Translations under genes and position numbers: made by a program
IMG/VR virus record: IMGVR_UViG_3300017917_002374
Location: 290,960-354,959 of that record
Reading direction: 5' to 3' (one strand)
DNA length: 64,000 bases
In this document: positions 38,768 to 47,623 of the stretch, piece by piece
Layout: each line of letters begins with the position of its first letter
How positions within the stretch are numbered: position 1 is the first letter of the stretch
Notes under the pieces: generated by a model
The model's input: the letters and a program-made list of their open reading frames with translations, nothing else
What the model was told of the DNA's origin: nothing
Database searches by the model: none

Positions 38768-38926
38768 ATGAAGACCGTAGAACAACGGCGGTTAGAACAC
38801 CGCCTGTTCTGCGTTCGTGAAGCACGAGCTCGCGGACGCAGCCCCTGGGCAAGAGATTTCTGGAGCCTGGTTGAAAAAAATCTTGTGCGACGTTATAATC
38901 TGCAACAAGGAGTAAAAAATGTCTGA
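38768..38926 (+). CDS. small Arg-rich hypothetical protein, 52 aa (not in ORF track)
   Basis: SD AAGGAGG; MKTVEQRRLEHRLFCVREARARGRSPWARDFW... Confidence 0.6.
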   Translation: MKTVEQRRLEHRLFCVREARARGRSPWARDFWSLVEKNLVRRYNLQQGVKNV

Positions 38927-39314
38927 TGTAACCCTACTAAACGCAATGCGACAGTGCGGTGCTAGAATCACAGGCGGCAGCGAGTATCAATGGCAGTGTT
39001 ATGGGCCTAATGCCAGGTATATTGATTTTGTTGATGTAGCAGGTAATGACTATGCCTGTGTGGTGCATGACACCAAGACTCATATTGTTTATGAAATGGC
39101 CGTGACAGTGCCCGGACAAGATCAGGCGTTTGGTTGGTATAATCCAGACTATCATGAACGTTATCTTGCAGAGTGTGCAGAGCGCGACTTTGATCCGTAT
39201 AAAGCATGGGACAATGTAAAATATTCTGTAGTAGACGCAGAAACCATTTTACAGTATGCCAAGGACGTGGGCGAGCTCTACTACGACGATTTACCCATAC
39301 CAGAAGATGCGTGA
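38919..39314 (+). CDS. hypothetical phage protein
   Basis: SD AAGGAG; GGSEYQWQCYGPNARY motif. Confidence 0.7.
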   Translation: MSDVTLLNAMRQCGARITGGSEYQWQCYGPNARYIDFVDVAGNDYACVVHDTKTHIVYEMAVTVPGQDQAFGWYNPDYHERYLAECAERDFDPYKAWDNVKYSVVDAETILQYAKDVGELYYDDLPIPEDA

Positions 39315-39768
39315 AACCTATTACAAAAAACGTGGACGTAGATACGTGCCTGTAGCAGAGTACGACAGCGATCTCATGGATAGTTTTCCAGCAGGCACAC
39401 ATCTAGTGCAGTGCTATCCAGGTGGTAGTTTACGCAAGTTTAATATTGATCCAGCCTACGCACCCATGATTGCAGCCGGACGTGTGGCAGAAGACGCCAT
39501 ATGCGAAGTACTCAGAAAGGCCAGTGATCTTAGACCAGCTCGCAGTCCTCTTACAGAAGGACAACGTAAAGCATGGGCTCAGCTGTCAAAAGAATTTGGT
39601 AATGATATACATGCACTACAATGGCCATCAGCTCGAGACGCTTGCGAACAAGCAGTGATGGCCATGTGCGAAGAAGCAGAAAAGCTATTAGACAATGCCA
39701 GTGTAAGAGCAGCATATGACCATTTTATATTGATGTGCGAACTCACAAAAAAACATGACAACACATGA
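39307..39768 (+). CDS. hypothetical phage protein
   Basis: MRETYYKKRGRRYVPV start; overlaps the neighbouring stop and start codons. Confidence 0.7.
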   Translation: MRETYYKKRGRRYVPVAEYDSDLMDSFPAGTHLVQCYPGGSLRKFNIDPAYAPMIAAGRVAEDAICEVLRKASDLRPARSPLTEGQRKAWAQLSKEFGNDIHALQWPSARDACEQAVMAMCEEAEKLLDNASVRAAYDHFILMCELTKKHDNT

Positions 39769-40231
39769 TGAACTTATACAACACCTTAAGGGTGTGCGTA
39801 AAATTGTAATCAATGATCAATATGGCGGATTTGGCCTGAGTCACGAAGCTGTGATTCGTTACCTTGAACTCACAGGGCAGGACGTATGGCCAGAAGAAAA
39901 TGATAAATTTGCTCGTTTGGTTGGGCCTACCTACTGGCTAGTGTCACCAGACAGCCCACGAGTAAAAGCACAACCGGACGACTGGCACAACATGAGCTTG
40001 CAAGAACGTGCTGCTCATAATGCTGCCTATGCTGTCCAAGTGTTTTCGCCTCGCGAAATCGCTCGCGATGATCCGTATCTTGTGCAAGTGGTAGAAGAGC
40101 TGGGTGGCAAAGCAGCTGGAGGTGCGCATGCTACACTCAAAGTGATTACAATACCCGCAGACGTAGATTGGACTATTGAAGAATACGACGGCAGCGAGTG
40201 GGTAGCAGAGCGCCATAGAACCTGGCGCTAG
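39755..40231 (+). CDS. hypothetical phage protein
   Basis: KIVIN..YGGFGLS...RDDPYLVQVVEELG...IEEYDG.EW...HRTW; ends in TAG. Confidence 0.75.
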   Translation: MTTHDELIQHLKGVRKIVINDQYGGFGLSHEAVIRYLELTGQDVWPEENDKFARLVGPTYWLVSPDSPRVKAQPDDWHNMSLQERAAHNAAYAVQVFSPREIARDDPYLVQVVEELGGKAAGGAHATLKVITIPADVDWTIEEYDGSEWVAERHRTWR

Positions 40232-40238
40232 ATGCAAA

Positions 40239-40328
40239 TGTTGCAAAAAAGCAACAAAAACCCTAGTGTTTATGCGGGGTTTTTGCCCCTAAAAAACGGT
40301 TGATCAAAATGGCCCAATACGCTATAAT
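40239..40328 (+). promoter_or_regulatory. early sigma70 promoter with upstream palindromes (second copy)
   Basis: TGTTGC-A6-GCAACA, ACCCTAGTGTTTA, then TTGATC-17 nt-TATAAT. Confidence 0.75.
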
Positions 40329-40358
40329 GTAGCATAAGTTAAGCAAAAGGAGCCGTTA

Positions 40359-40505
40359 ATGCAATACACTCTAATCACTAAAACAGGCAAAGTCATGCAG
40401 TTTTATATTCAAGCAACAGCAGAGATGTATCAAGCAGTACACGGCGGTGTAGTAATTTCGCAACAAATTCTCGTAGAAGAAGCAGCCCAAACGGTTGACC
40501 GTTAA
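40359..40505 (+). CDS. small hypothetical protein, 48 aa (not in ORF track)
   Basis: SD AAGGAG; MQYTLITKTGKVMQFYIQATAEMYQAVHGG... Confidence 0.65.
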   Translation: MQYTLITKTGKVMQFYIQATAEMYQAVHGGVVISQQILVEEAAQTVDR

Positions 40506-40523
40506 TTTCATTTCCTATATAAT
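40495..40523 (+). promoter_or_regulatory. sigma70-type promoter
   Basis: TTGACC-17 nt-TATAAT; SD AAGGAG before 40556. Confidence 0.75.
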
Positions 40524-40555
40524 ACGAAGTATATTAACTAATAAGGAGCTCAAAT

Positions 40556-41599
40556 ATGTCAACAGCATTTGTCCGTGTTCGCGCTGGTGCTTATCGTAAT
40601 TTTGATGCCAGCGGCAAAGTGTTCCAACTGGTGGAACAGTTCAAGCAAACAGCCAAGGGCGGCTATGTTACTGTCAAGAACGGTGGCAAGTTTCCTGGCT
40701 TTCCCGAAGACATCCGTATCAAAGTTGACAGCATGACTGCCTACGAGTTTGTAAATGCAGACGAGTTTGATGGCGACATGGTGCCTGTGGATGCAGATGT
40801 GCAAGCCGCAATCAACGATACCAAAACTGACGAAGAGCGTATTGCAGAAATTGCTGAACGCTTTGCAATATTGCACGACATGACCAAGGCTGCTGTGAAT
40901 GGCGACATTCGCGCCATGATCGTATCCGGCCCTCCTGGCGTGGGCAAGAGCTTTGGCGTTGAAGCTGAAATTGAGAAAGTGCAGATGATGCAGATGCTGG
41001 GCAGTCAGCGTCTACGTGCTGAGGTGGTTAAAGGTAGTGCTAGCCCTATCGGCTTGTATCAAACTCTGTACAAGTATTCTGATCCTAACTGTGTGGTTGT
41101 GTTTGACGACTGCGACAGCATCTTGCTTGATGACGTGAGCTTGAACTTGCTGAAAGGTGCACTAGACTCAGGCAAGAAGCGCAAGATTTCTTGGTTGAGC
41201 GAGAGCCGTGTGCTCAAAGACGAAGGCATTCCGGACAGTTTTGAGTTCAAGGGTAGTGTGATCTTTATCACCAACCTTAAGTTTGACAAGATGAAAAGCC
41301 AGAAGCTGAAAGATCACTTGGATGCACTACAGTCACGCTGCCACTACTTGGACCTGACTCTGGACACCATGCGTGACAAGATCCTGCGTATCAAGCAAAT
41401 TGCCAAGACCGGTGAACTGTTCAAGGACATGGACATTGGCGAAATTGGTTCAGACGAGATCGTTGACTTTATGGACGAGAACAAGAACTCGTTGCGTGAA
41501 GTGAGCTTGCGTATGGCAATCAAGGTAGCTCAACTGTACAAGAGCTTTCCTAACCGTTGGAAGGCAATGGCTCAGACCACTTGCATGAAGATGGCGTAA
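40556..41599 (+). CDS. P-loop AAA-type ATPase
   Basis: Walker A GPPGVGKS, Walker B VVVFDDCD. Confidence 0.85.
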   Translation: MSTAFVRVRAGAYRNFDASGKVFQLVEQFKQTAKGGYVTVKNGGKFPGFPEDIRIKVDSMTAYEFVNADEFDGDMVPVDADVQAAINDTKTDEERIAEIAERFAILHDMTKAAVNGDIRAMIVSGPPGVGKSFGVEAEIEKVQMMQMLGSQRLRAEVVKGSASPIGLYQTLYKYSDPNCVVVFDDCDSILLDDVSLNLLKGALDSGKKRKISWLSESRVLKDEGIPDSFEFKGSVIFITNLKFDKMKSQKLKDHLDALQSRCHYLDLTLDTMRDKILRIKQIAKTGELFKDMDIGEIGSDEIVDFMDENKNSLREVSLRMAIKVAQLYKSFPNRWKAMAQTTCMKMA

Positions 41600-41666
41600 G
41601 AATTAAACGGGCACCGTCCCGTTTGATGATTGTGGTTTGTTAGCTCCTTTCCACAATCTACTTCAT

Positions 41667-41695
41667 AGCCCTACCAGATTGGTAGGGCTTTTTTT
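41667..41695 (+). terminator. intrinsic terminator
   Basis: AGCCCTACC-AGATT-GGTAGGGCT followed by a T run. Confidence 0.9.
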
Positions 41696-41722
41696 GACTT
41701 TGTAAATAGTACAGTGTACAAT
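41694..41722 (+). promoter_or_regulatory. sigma70-type promoter overlapping the terminator tail
   Basis: TTGACT-17 nt-TACAAT, ATG 6 nt later. Confidence 0.65.
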
Positions 41723-41728
41723 ACAAAC

Positions 41729-42856
41729 ATGATATCCTATCCACACGTTGAAGACTATCTTGAAGTGATTGCAGGCAAAAAGAACTTGCCTGGTGTAGTG
41801 GTTGTGAATAATTTTTGGACTCCATATGCACCTATCATTAATCTAGCTAGATACGACAATTCCTTCTTGGACAATGTAACGGATCAAACCATGAATGGTG
41901 GTGCGCTTACAGACCGTCAAGCAGAGCTGGCTGTGAAACTTATTACCAAGTATCGCAGACAGTTACACGCACAGAACATAGAAGTGCCAGACATGACAGT
42001 GCCAATGTTTAGGCGTGCTCTTAGGATAGTTGATCGTAGCAAAAGCGCAGGCGTGGCCGACAATAAAATCTATCTAAAATTTCCATACGATTCTAAAACC
42101 ATTGATGTGATTCGTTCCATGAGCAAACAAAGTCAAGGCAGCATGGTGTTTGACCGTGAAACCAAGATATGGAAACTGGCGTTAACCGAATACAATGTGA
42201 ATTGGGTTTATGAGTATGCCAAGCAAAATGACTTTGCTGTTGATCAACGTTTGCAAGATTTGATGCAACAAATACTTGTGGTTGAAAATCAAGGATATGA
42301 TATTTGCTTGACCAAAAATGATCATACACTGCAAATTACTAATGCACATGAAAATCTAACAAAGTATTTAGAGCAAAAAATTGGTAACTTTGATTTGCAC
42401 AATGCCAGTCGTTTGGTAGATCATGCCAGCATACTAGGATATAAAGTAAGTCAAGATCTTATCAATCAAACAGAGGAACAGTTTGGTGGTAGTACTCTGT
42501 TGCTCATGATGAATAGAGAATACGACTTCAACCAAGGCGAAGATATAGAGCAACGTGTGATTAATTATGCAAGTGTGGTGAATAGATATCCTATAGTGGT
42601 GTTTAATCCCACTGCTGTGCAAAATCAAGAACAATGGACCAAACACTTTAACGAATCTGAAATACAGGTCATACAAAACAAGAGCACAGTTGATATAGAC
42701 CCCGATGCTAAATTGATATACACTCAAAAAGCACTTAAAAACATGAGCAGTATTCCATTGTTGGTATCCTATGTAGGCATGATGATAGGCACTGACAAAC
42801 AGTTGATGAGCGGCGCAGCAGAAAAGATATTTTTCACCGCCAAGAAATTAAAGTAA
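41729..42856 (+). CDS. hypothetical protein upstream of the helicase (possible HARP-like segment)
   Basis: IYLKFPYD..TI..IR...FDRETKIW segment; 375 aa from ATG 41729. Confidence 0.6.
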   Translation: MISYPHVEDYLEVIAGKKNLPGVVVVNNFWTPYAPIINLARYDNSFLDNVTDQTMNGGALTDRQAELAVKLITKYRRQLHAQNIEVPDMTVPMFRRALRIVDRSKSAGVADNKIYLKFPYDSKTIDVIRSMSKQSQGSMVFDRETKIWKLALTEYNVNWVYEYAKQNDFAVDQRLQDLMQQILVVENQGYDICLTKNDHTLQITNAHENLTKYLEQKIGNFDLHNASRLVDHASILGYKVSQDLINQTEEQFGGSTLLLMMNREYDFNQGEDIEQRVINYASVVNRYPIVVFNPTAVQNQEQWTKHFNESEIQVIQNKSTVDIDPDAKLIYTQKALKNMSSIPLLVSYVGMMIGTDKQLMSGAAEKIFFTAKKLK

Positions 42857-42895
42857 TGGTTGCACTTGTAGTTACAGGTGTGTTATAGTACCAAC

Positions 42896-44350
42896 ATGTT
42901 TGCAAAACTATTAATCAAAGATGAAGTCAATGTCAAAATAGAAGGACTAGAACTTCGTGATAGAAAAGCCCTGGTAGACAAATACAAATACGAAATACCA
43001 GGTGCTAGATATTTGCCCGCTGTTCGTCTTGGACGGTGGGACGGCAAGGTCAGCTACTTTCAACTGGGTGGCAGCACGTACATCAATCTCTTACCAGAAG
43101 TATTGGAGTACCTGGACAAGCAGGGATATGATATTGAACTGGTAGACACGCGAGACTATCGTACACATTTTGAATTCACGCCTGTAAACGAAAACAGTTA
43201 CAATCATATTGCCTGGCCCAAAGGACATCCCAAAGCTGGTGAGCCCATGGTGTTGAGAGATTATCAGCCCGAGATCATCAACAGATTCTTTGAGAATCCA
43301 CAGAGTGTACAAGAAGTAGCCACTGGTGCAGGTAAGACTGTGATCACTGCTGCACTGTCAGATGCAGTATCGCAATATGGTAGAAGTATTGTGATAGTGC
43401 CCAACAAGAGTCTAGTTACACAAACAGAACAAGACTTTGTTAACATGCAACTAGATGTAGGTGTGTATTTTGGAGATCGCAAGGAATTTGGACGCACACA
43501 CACCATATGCACCTGGCAAAGCCTAAACATCTTGCTCAAGAATACCAAGAACCACGAAGCAGATATTACCATAGGCGAGTTTCTTGAAGGTGTGGTATGT
43601 GTGATTGTGGATGAGGTACACATGGCCAAAGCAGATGCACTCAAGACTCTACTCACGGGTGTAATGGCCGAGATACCCATCCGCTGGGGACTCACAGGAA
43701 CCATTCCCAAAGAAGATTATGAACGTATGTCACTCAAGTGCAGCATAGGCGACGTGGTTGGTAATCTAAAAGCAGCAGAACTGCAAGAAGCCGGACATCT
43801 TGCACAGTGTCATGTGAACATTGTGCAGCTGGTTGATCATGTGGAATACAACAACTATCAAAGCGAGTTAAAATATTTGTTGGAGACTGACGGTCGCTTG
43901 GACTATATAAGTAGATTGGTAGAAACAATTAGAGCCAACGGCAACACTCTTATCTTGGTTGATCGTGTGGCTGCAGGACAAGCTCTAGTATCAAGAATTC
44001 AAGATGCAGTATTTGTAAGCGGTGCTACCAAAGCCAAGGACAGGAAATCAGAGTACGATGAAATTGCAACAAGTGATGGCAAGGTTATTGTGGCGACTTA
44101 TGGTGTGGCCGCTGTGGGCATTAATATTCCTAGGATTTTTAATCTGGTTCTTCTGGAGCCCGGAAAGAGCTTTGTCAGAGTTATACAATCTATTGGACGA
44201 GGTATTAGGAAAGCAGAAGACAAAGACTTCGTACAAATCTGGGACATAACCAGCACATGCAAATTTGCCAAACGGCATCTAACAAAAAGAAAAGCCTTCT
44301 ACAAAGAAGCCAATTACCCGTTCGCGGTAGAGAAAGCAGAGTGGCAATGA
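42896..44350 (+). CDS. uvsW: UvsW-like SF2 DNA helicase
   Basis: LRDYQ, ATGAGKT, DEVH, GLTGT, ATYGVAAVGINIP, QSIGRGIR. Confidence 0.88.
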   Translation: MFAKLLIKDEVNVKIEGLELRDRKALVDKYKYEIPGARYLPAVRLGRWDGKVSYFQLGGSTYINLLPEVLEYLDKQGYDIELVDTRDYRTHFEFTPVNENSYNHIAWPKGHPKAGEPMVLRDYQPEIINRFFENPQSVQEVATGAGKTVITAALSDAVSQYGRSIVIVPNKSLVTQTEQDFVNMQLDVGVYFGDRKEFGRTHTICTWQSLNILLKNTKNHEADITIGEFLEGVVCVIVDEVHMAKADALKTLLTGVMAEIPIRWGLTGTIPKEDYERMSLKCSIGDVVGNLKAAELQEAGHLAQCHVNIVQLVDHVEYNNYQSELKYLLETDGRLDYISRLVETIRANGNTLILVDRVAAGQALVSRIQDAVFVSGATKAKDRKSEYDEIATSDGKVIVATYGVAAVGINIPRIFNLVLLEPGKSFVRVIQSIGRGIRKAEDKDFVQIWDITSTCKFAKRHLTKRKAFYKEANYPFAVEKAEWQ

Positions 44351-44847
44351 GAATACTAACATTAGAAAATACCGCATTTGAAATGAATGAAATACCGGAC
44401 GAAGTTGACGACCTGCGCTTTTGCGTGTTTGACAACAGCGATCCAAAAGACCCTGACTACTATTTTATACCCTTGATATTTTTAGAGAGCTTTAACAGTC
44501 CTGCACTGGTGCTGCGCATAGGAGAAAATACCATACGCATGCCAGTGGACTGGCAAATACTCATAGGCGAACCTGACCTAGGAGACCTAGAAGTGGTACC
44601 ACTCACATCAATCAATGATCGTGGATTCAGTGTGTTCACTTTTAATCCACGCAGCAGCTTTCGACCAGAATTTCAACCAGTGGAAATCATAGACATCTAT
44701 CAAGATGTAAAATGGTATTTTCCCAAACTCAAGCCAGGACAAATGCTAGCAGTACCATTAAGCACAGGTGAAGATCCTGTGTGCGCATATTTTATCAAGG
44801 ATGTGAGTAGGCAAAGTGAAGTTGTGGATTATGGAAAGGTATGGTAG
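44347..44847 (+). CDS. beta-rich hypothetical protein (possibly degenerate Hint-like fold)
   Basis: ATGA overlap with uvsW; ends in TAG immediately before the in-frame ATG of the next gene. Confidence 0.65.
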   Translation: MRILTLENTAFEMNEIPDEVDDLRFCVFDNSDPKDPDYYFIPLIFLESFNSPALVLRIGENTIRMPVDWQILIGEPDLGDLEVVPLTSINDRGFSVFTFNPRSSFRPEFQPVEIIDIYQDVKWYFPKLKPGQMLAVPLSTGEDPVCAYFIKDVSRQSEVVDYGKVW

Positions 44848-45192
44848 ATGAAAATCAAATATCATAAAGCAGACATCGGTGGCGAGGTTGTTAAAGACAA
44901 TGAAACCTATGTACTCAAAGATAACAAAACACTGAACAATCTAGTGTTAAGCAGTACCAAACTGTATCGTGGACAGCAAACTCGTGGACATAGACACGCA
45001 GGACAAGAGGAAGTGTACTTCTTTATCAGTGGATACGGTCAAATGATTGTGGGCAACGAAGATGATGAACCATTTGATGTAAGAGCTGGCGACATTGTGC
45101 TGATACCTGATGGTGCTTTTCATCGTGTGATCAACACTGGCGATCTAGACATGCTGTTCAACTGCGTGTTTGATGGAAAGAGAAATCACTGA
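44848..45192 (+). CDS. cupin_2 domain protein
   Basis: GH.H..QEEVYFF..G.G, GDIVLIP.G.FH.V.N. Confidence 0.85.
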   Translation: MKIKYHKADIGGEVVKDNETYVLKDNKTLNNLVLSSTKLYRGQQTRGHRHAGQEEVYFFISGYGQMIVGNEDDEPFDVRAGDIVLIPDGAFHRVINTGDLDMLFNCVFDGKRNH

Positions 45193-45467
45193 TGGGCACA
45201 CTCACTTCGGGTGCTGCCTATGTATACGAGCGCGAAGGTGGACGCACCTATGCTCGCAAGGTAGGAGAACTAGATAGAGTGCTGATTGGCGAAGACTATT
45301 CAGTGGAACTTGTTCGTCGCAACAAAGAAATAGCAGATGAATGGATTCCAATTGTGCAAGCAGCAGAGCATAATCCGGCTTTACAAGACGCATTGGATCG
45401 TGCTAAAATACTCTATGAATTAACCAGAAAGCACAACTTGCAAACAGTAATGCACCATCCTGTATGA
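45192..45467 (+). CDS. hypothetical phage protein
   Basis: Coupled start and stop codons; YEREGG.TYAR motif. Confidence 0.7.
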   Translation: MGTLTSGAAYVYEREGGRTYARKVGELDRVLIGEDYSVELVRRNKEIADEWIPIVQAAEHNPALQDALDRAKILYELTRKHNLQTVMHHPV

Positions 45468-45928
45468 GCGACAAATTAAACATCACAAATGAAATGCAAC
45501 AACTGGATCGCAAGAACCGGTTGTTCTATGACGAGCTCACAGACGAAGAACGCAAAAAGTTCAGTACCTATCTAATGGTGCGGTGGGGTAGCAGTGTGCA
45601 AGCAGACAGTGACATACAGGCTTACTATGTGATGAGCTGTAACGAAAATCTAAACAAACATTTTTTCAACATAGCCAAGCATCCTAAACTGCAATGGTTG
45701 TGTGCCACAGCAGTGAGTCCTGGAATTGGTACGTTCCGGCATCAGTGGATAGCGCCAAAAAAGAAAGAAGGCGTTGACAACAAGGCTGCTAAATTCTTAC
45801 GCGAGATATACCCATTAGCCAAGGACGATGAAATTGAATTACTCAGACAGCTTAACACTAAAGACGATCTTAAGCAGTTGGCAAGAGAACATGGATGGGA
45901 TGACCGACGAATCAAAGCAGAGTTATAA
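45464..45928 (+). CDS. clamp-loader small subunit (gp62-like), putative
   Basis: Replication-module context; KKFSTYLMVRW, HPKLQW, HQWI..KK pattern. Confidence 0.5.
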   Translation: MSDKLNITNEMQQLDRKNRLFYDELTDEERKKFSTYLMVRWGSSVQADSDIQAYYVMSCNENLNKHFFNIAKHPKLQWLCATAVSPGIGTFRHQWIAPKKKEGVDNKAAKFLREIYPLAKDDEIELLRQLNTKDDLKQLAREHGWDDRRIKAEL

Positions 45929-46601
45929 ATGCCGCTATTGCGACAAACAGTTTCGCAAAGAAAGCACTCTGGCAGCACATGTTTGCGAACAGAAACGTCG
46001 TTGGCAGCAGGAAAAAGACACAGGCGTGCAGTTGGGCTTGCGAGCCTATTTGCAATTTTATGAAACCACTCAAGGCAGTGCAAGGTTAAAAAGCTATGAA
46101 GATTTTGTTAACAGCCCTTATTATAATGCTTTCGTTCGTTACGGCAGACATCTGGTCGCTATTCGCGCTATCAATAGCCATAGTTTTACTGCATGGCTTT
46201 TAAAGAACAACAAAAAACTAGACCATTGGTGTCGTGACAGTCTCTATGATGAATGGCTGCAGGACTATATAAAGAAAGAGGCAGTACAAGATGCACTAGA
46301 ACGTGGCCTCAAGGAGATGCAAGAATATGCAGAACATAATAGAGACCTTAGAAATGGTTTTGTTGATTATTTTCGGTATGGCAATTCTAACCGTATTTGC
46401 CATCACATCACTAGTGGTCGTATTAGTGCTTGGGTGGTTTTTAACTGTGACAGCGGCGTATCTTTTCTTGAAGGATTGGATAGCAGCCAGATTGACATGA
46501 TCATGCCTTACATAGATCCAGACTACTGGCAGCGTAAGTTTCATGATTACATGGCGGACACCGAATGGTGCAAGCATGTGCTTAAACAAGCAGGCCTATG
46601 A
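45900..46601 (+). CDS. C2H2 zinc-finger replication-associated protein
   Basis: YKCRYCDKQFRKESTLAAHVC. Confidence 0.7.
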   Translation: MTDESKQSYKCRYCDKQFRKESTLAAHVCEQKRRWQQEKDTGVQLGLRAYLQFYETTQGSARLKSYEDFVNSPYYNAFVRYGRHLVAIRAINSHSFTAWLLKNNKKLDHWCRDSLYDEWLQDYIKKEAVQDALERGLKEMQEYAEHNRDLRNGFVDYFRYGNSNRICHHITSGRISAWVVFNCDSGVSFLEGLDSSQIDMIMPYIDPDYWQRKFHDYMADTEWCKHVLKQAGL

Positions 46602-47188
46602 AATTCAACAGTGACATTGACATTGACTTTGCAGATCGTCAGCAAATACTAAAAGCAGTTCCACACACGGTGGCTAGTCAGCGCCGAGACAATCAGCTGG
46701 TAGCACACAATACTGGGGTGTATGTAACAGACATTCCACAAGATCCATTAACTGGTCGCGCTAGCCTAGACTACGAAACAGCAGAAGCTCGTGGATATAT
46801 CAAGCTAGACTTTTTAAATGTGAATCTGTATCAGCAGGTACAAGATGAACAACATCTAGAGCAGCTGATGCATGCTGTGCCTAACTGGCAACGCTTCAAT
46901 CAAGATCAAGAGTTTTTTGAACAGTTGATTCATGTGAACAATCACTGGTCGGTGCTCAAGCGCATGCCAGAACCTGTGGACAGTATTCCTAGATTGGCTA
47001 TGTTTTTAGCAATCATCCGTCCTGCCAAGAGACATTTGATTGGCGAAACTTGGAAAACAGTTGGTGAAAGTGTTTGGGAAAAAACTGAAGAAGGATATCA
47101 GTTCAAGAAGAGTCATGCTGTGGCATACGCACATCTAGTGGCAGTAAACATGAATCTTTTAACCCAGCTTGCGCACCAGGGTAATTGA
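46598..47188 (+). CDS. miniature DNA polymerase III alpha (DnaE)-like protein
   Basis: DIDID, HNTGVY, GYIKLDFLNV, FKKSHAVAYA motifs in 196 aa. Confidence 0.8.
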   Translation: MKFNSDIDIDFADRQQILKAVPHTVASQRRDNQLVAHNTGVYVTDIPQDPLTGRASLDYETAEARGYIKLDFLNVNLYQQVQDEQHLEQLMHAVPNWQRFNQDQEFFEQLIHVNNHWSVLKRMPEPVDSIPRLAMFLAIIRPAKRHLIGETWKTVGESVWEKTEEGYQFKKSHAVAYAHLVAVNMNLLTQLAHQGN

Positions 47189-47560
47189 TCTACGTTTGCT
47201 TTTTTTAGCAGCAATTTCTTTTAGACTAATGTAAGGTCCAAACTTGATGGTAACATCACGACTGTTAAGAGTTTTCAAACAGTACTTGAACGGCATCCAT
47301 TCATGTCTTAAAAACACATTAATGGGCATTAGTCTGTTGCTTTCCCACCACCACACATCTCCAAGTTGAAGAAACTGTGTTTTTTCTTCTTCGGTGCGAA
47401 GACAACCAAAGTCGTATACAGAGGTGAGATAATCATCAACGTTTTGAATGATACCAATATACTCGGAACCACCGTAGCCGATGTAGCTTATAAAAGGATA
47501 TTTTTCTAACAAAAGTTTATGATATTCTGTTAGTTCTGGGGCTATTTTTTTAGATGCCAT
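47159..47560 (-). CDS. hypothetical phage protein
   Basis: 133-aa ORF; minus-strand TATAAATA at 47567-47574 just upstream. Confidence 0.7.
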   Translation of the reverse strand: MASKKIAPELTEYHKLLLEKYPFISYIGYGGSEYIGIIQNVDDYLTSVYDFGCLRTEEEKTQFLQLGDVWWWESNRLMPINVFLRHEWMPFKYCLKTLNSRDVTIKFGPYISLKEIAAKKSKRRSITLVRKLG

Positions 47561-47585
47561 ACGGTTTATTTATAATTTGGATATC

Positions 47586-47614
47586 TAGACTTTATAAATG
47601 ATCAAGTGTATAAT
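47586..47614 (+). promoter_or_regulatory. sigma70-like promoter for the primase
   Basis: TAGACT-17 nt-TATAAT-ACATC, same ends as the glf promoter. Confidence 0.55.
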
Positions 47615-47623
47615 ACATCAAGC

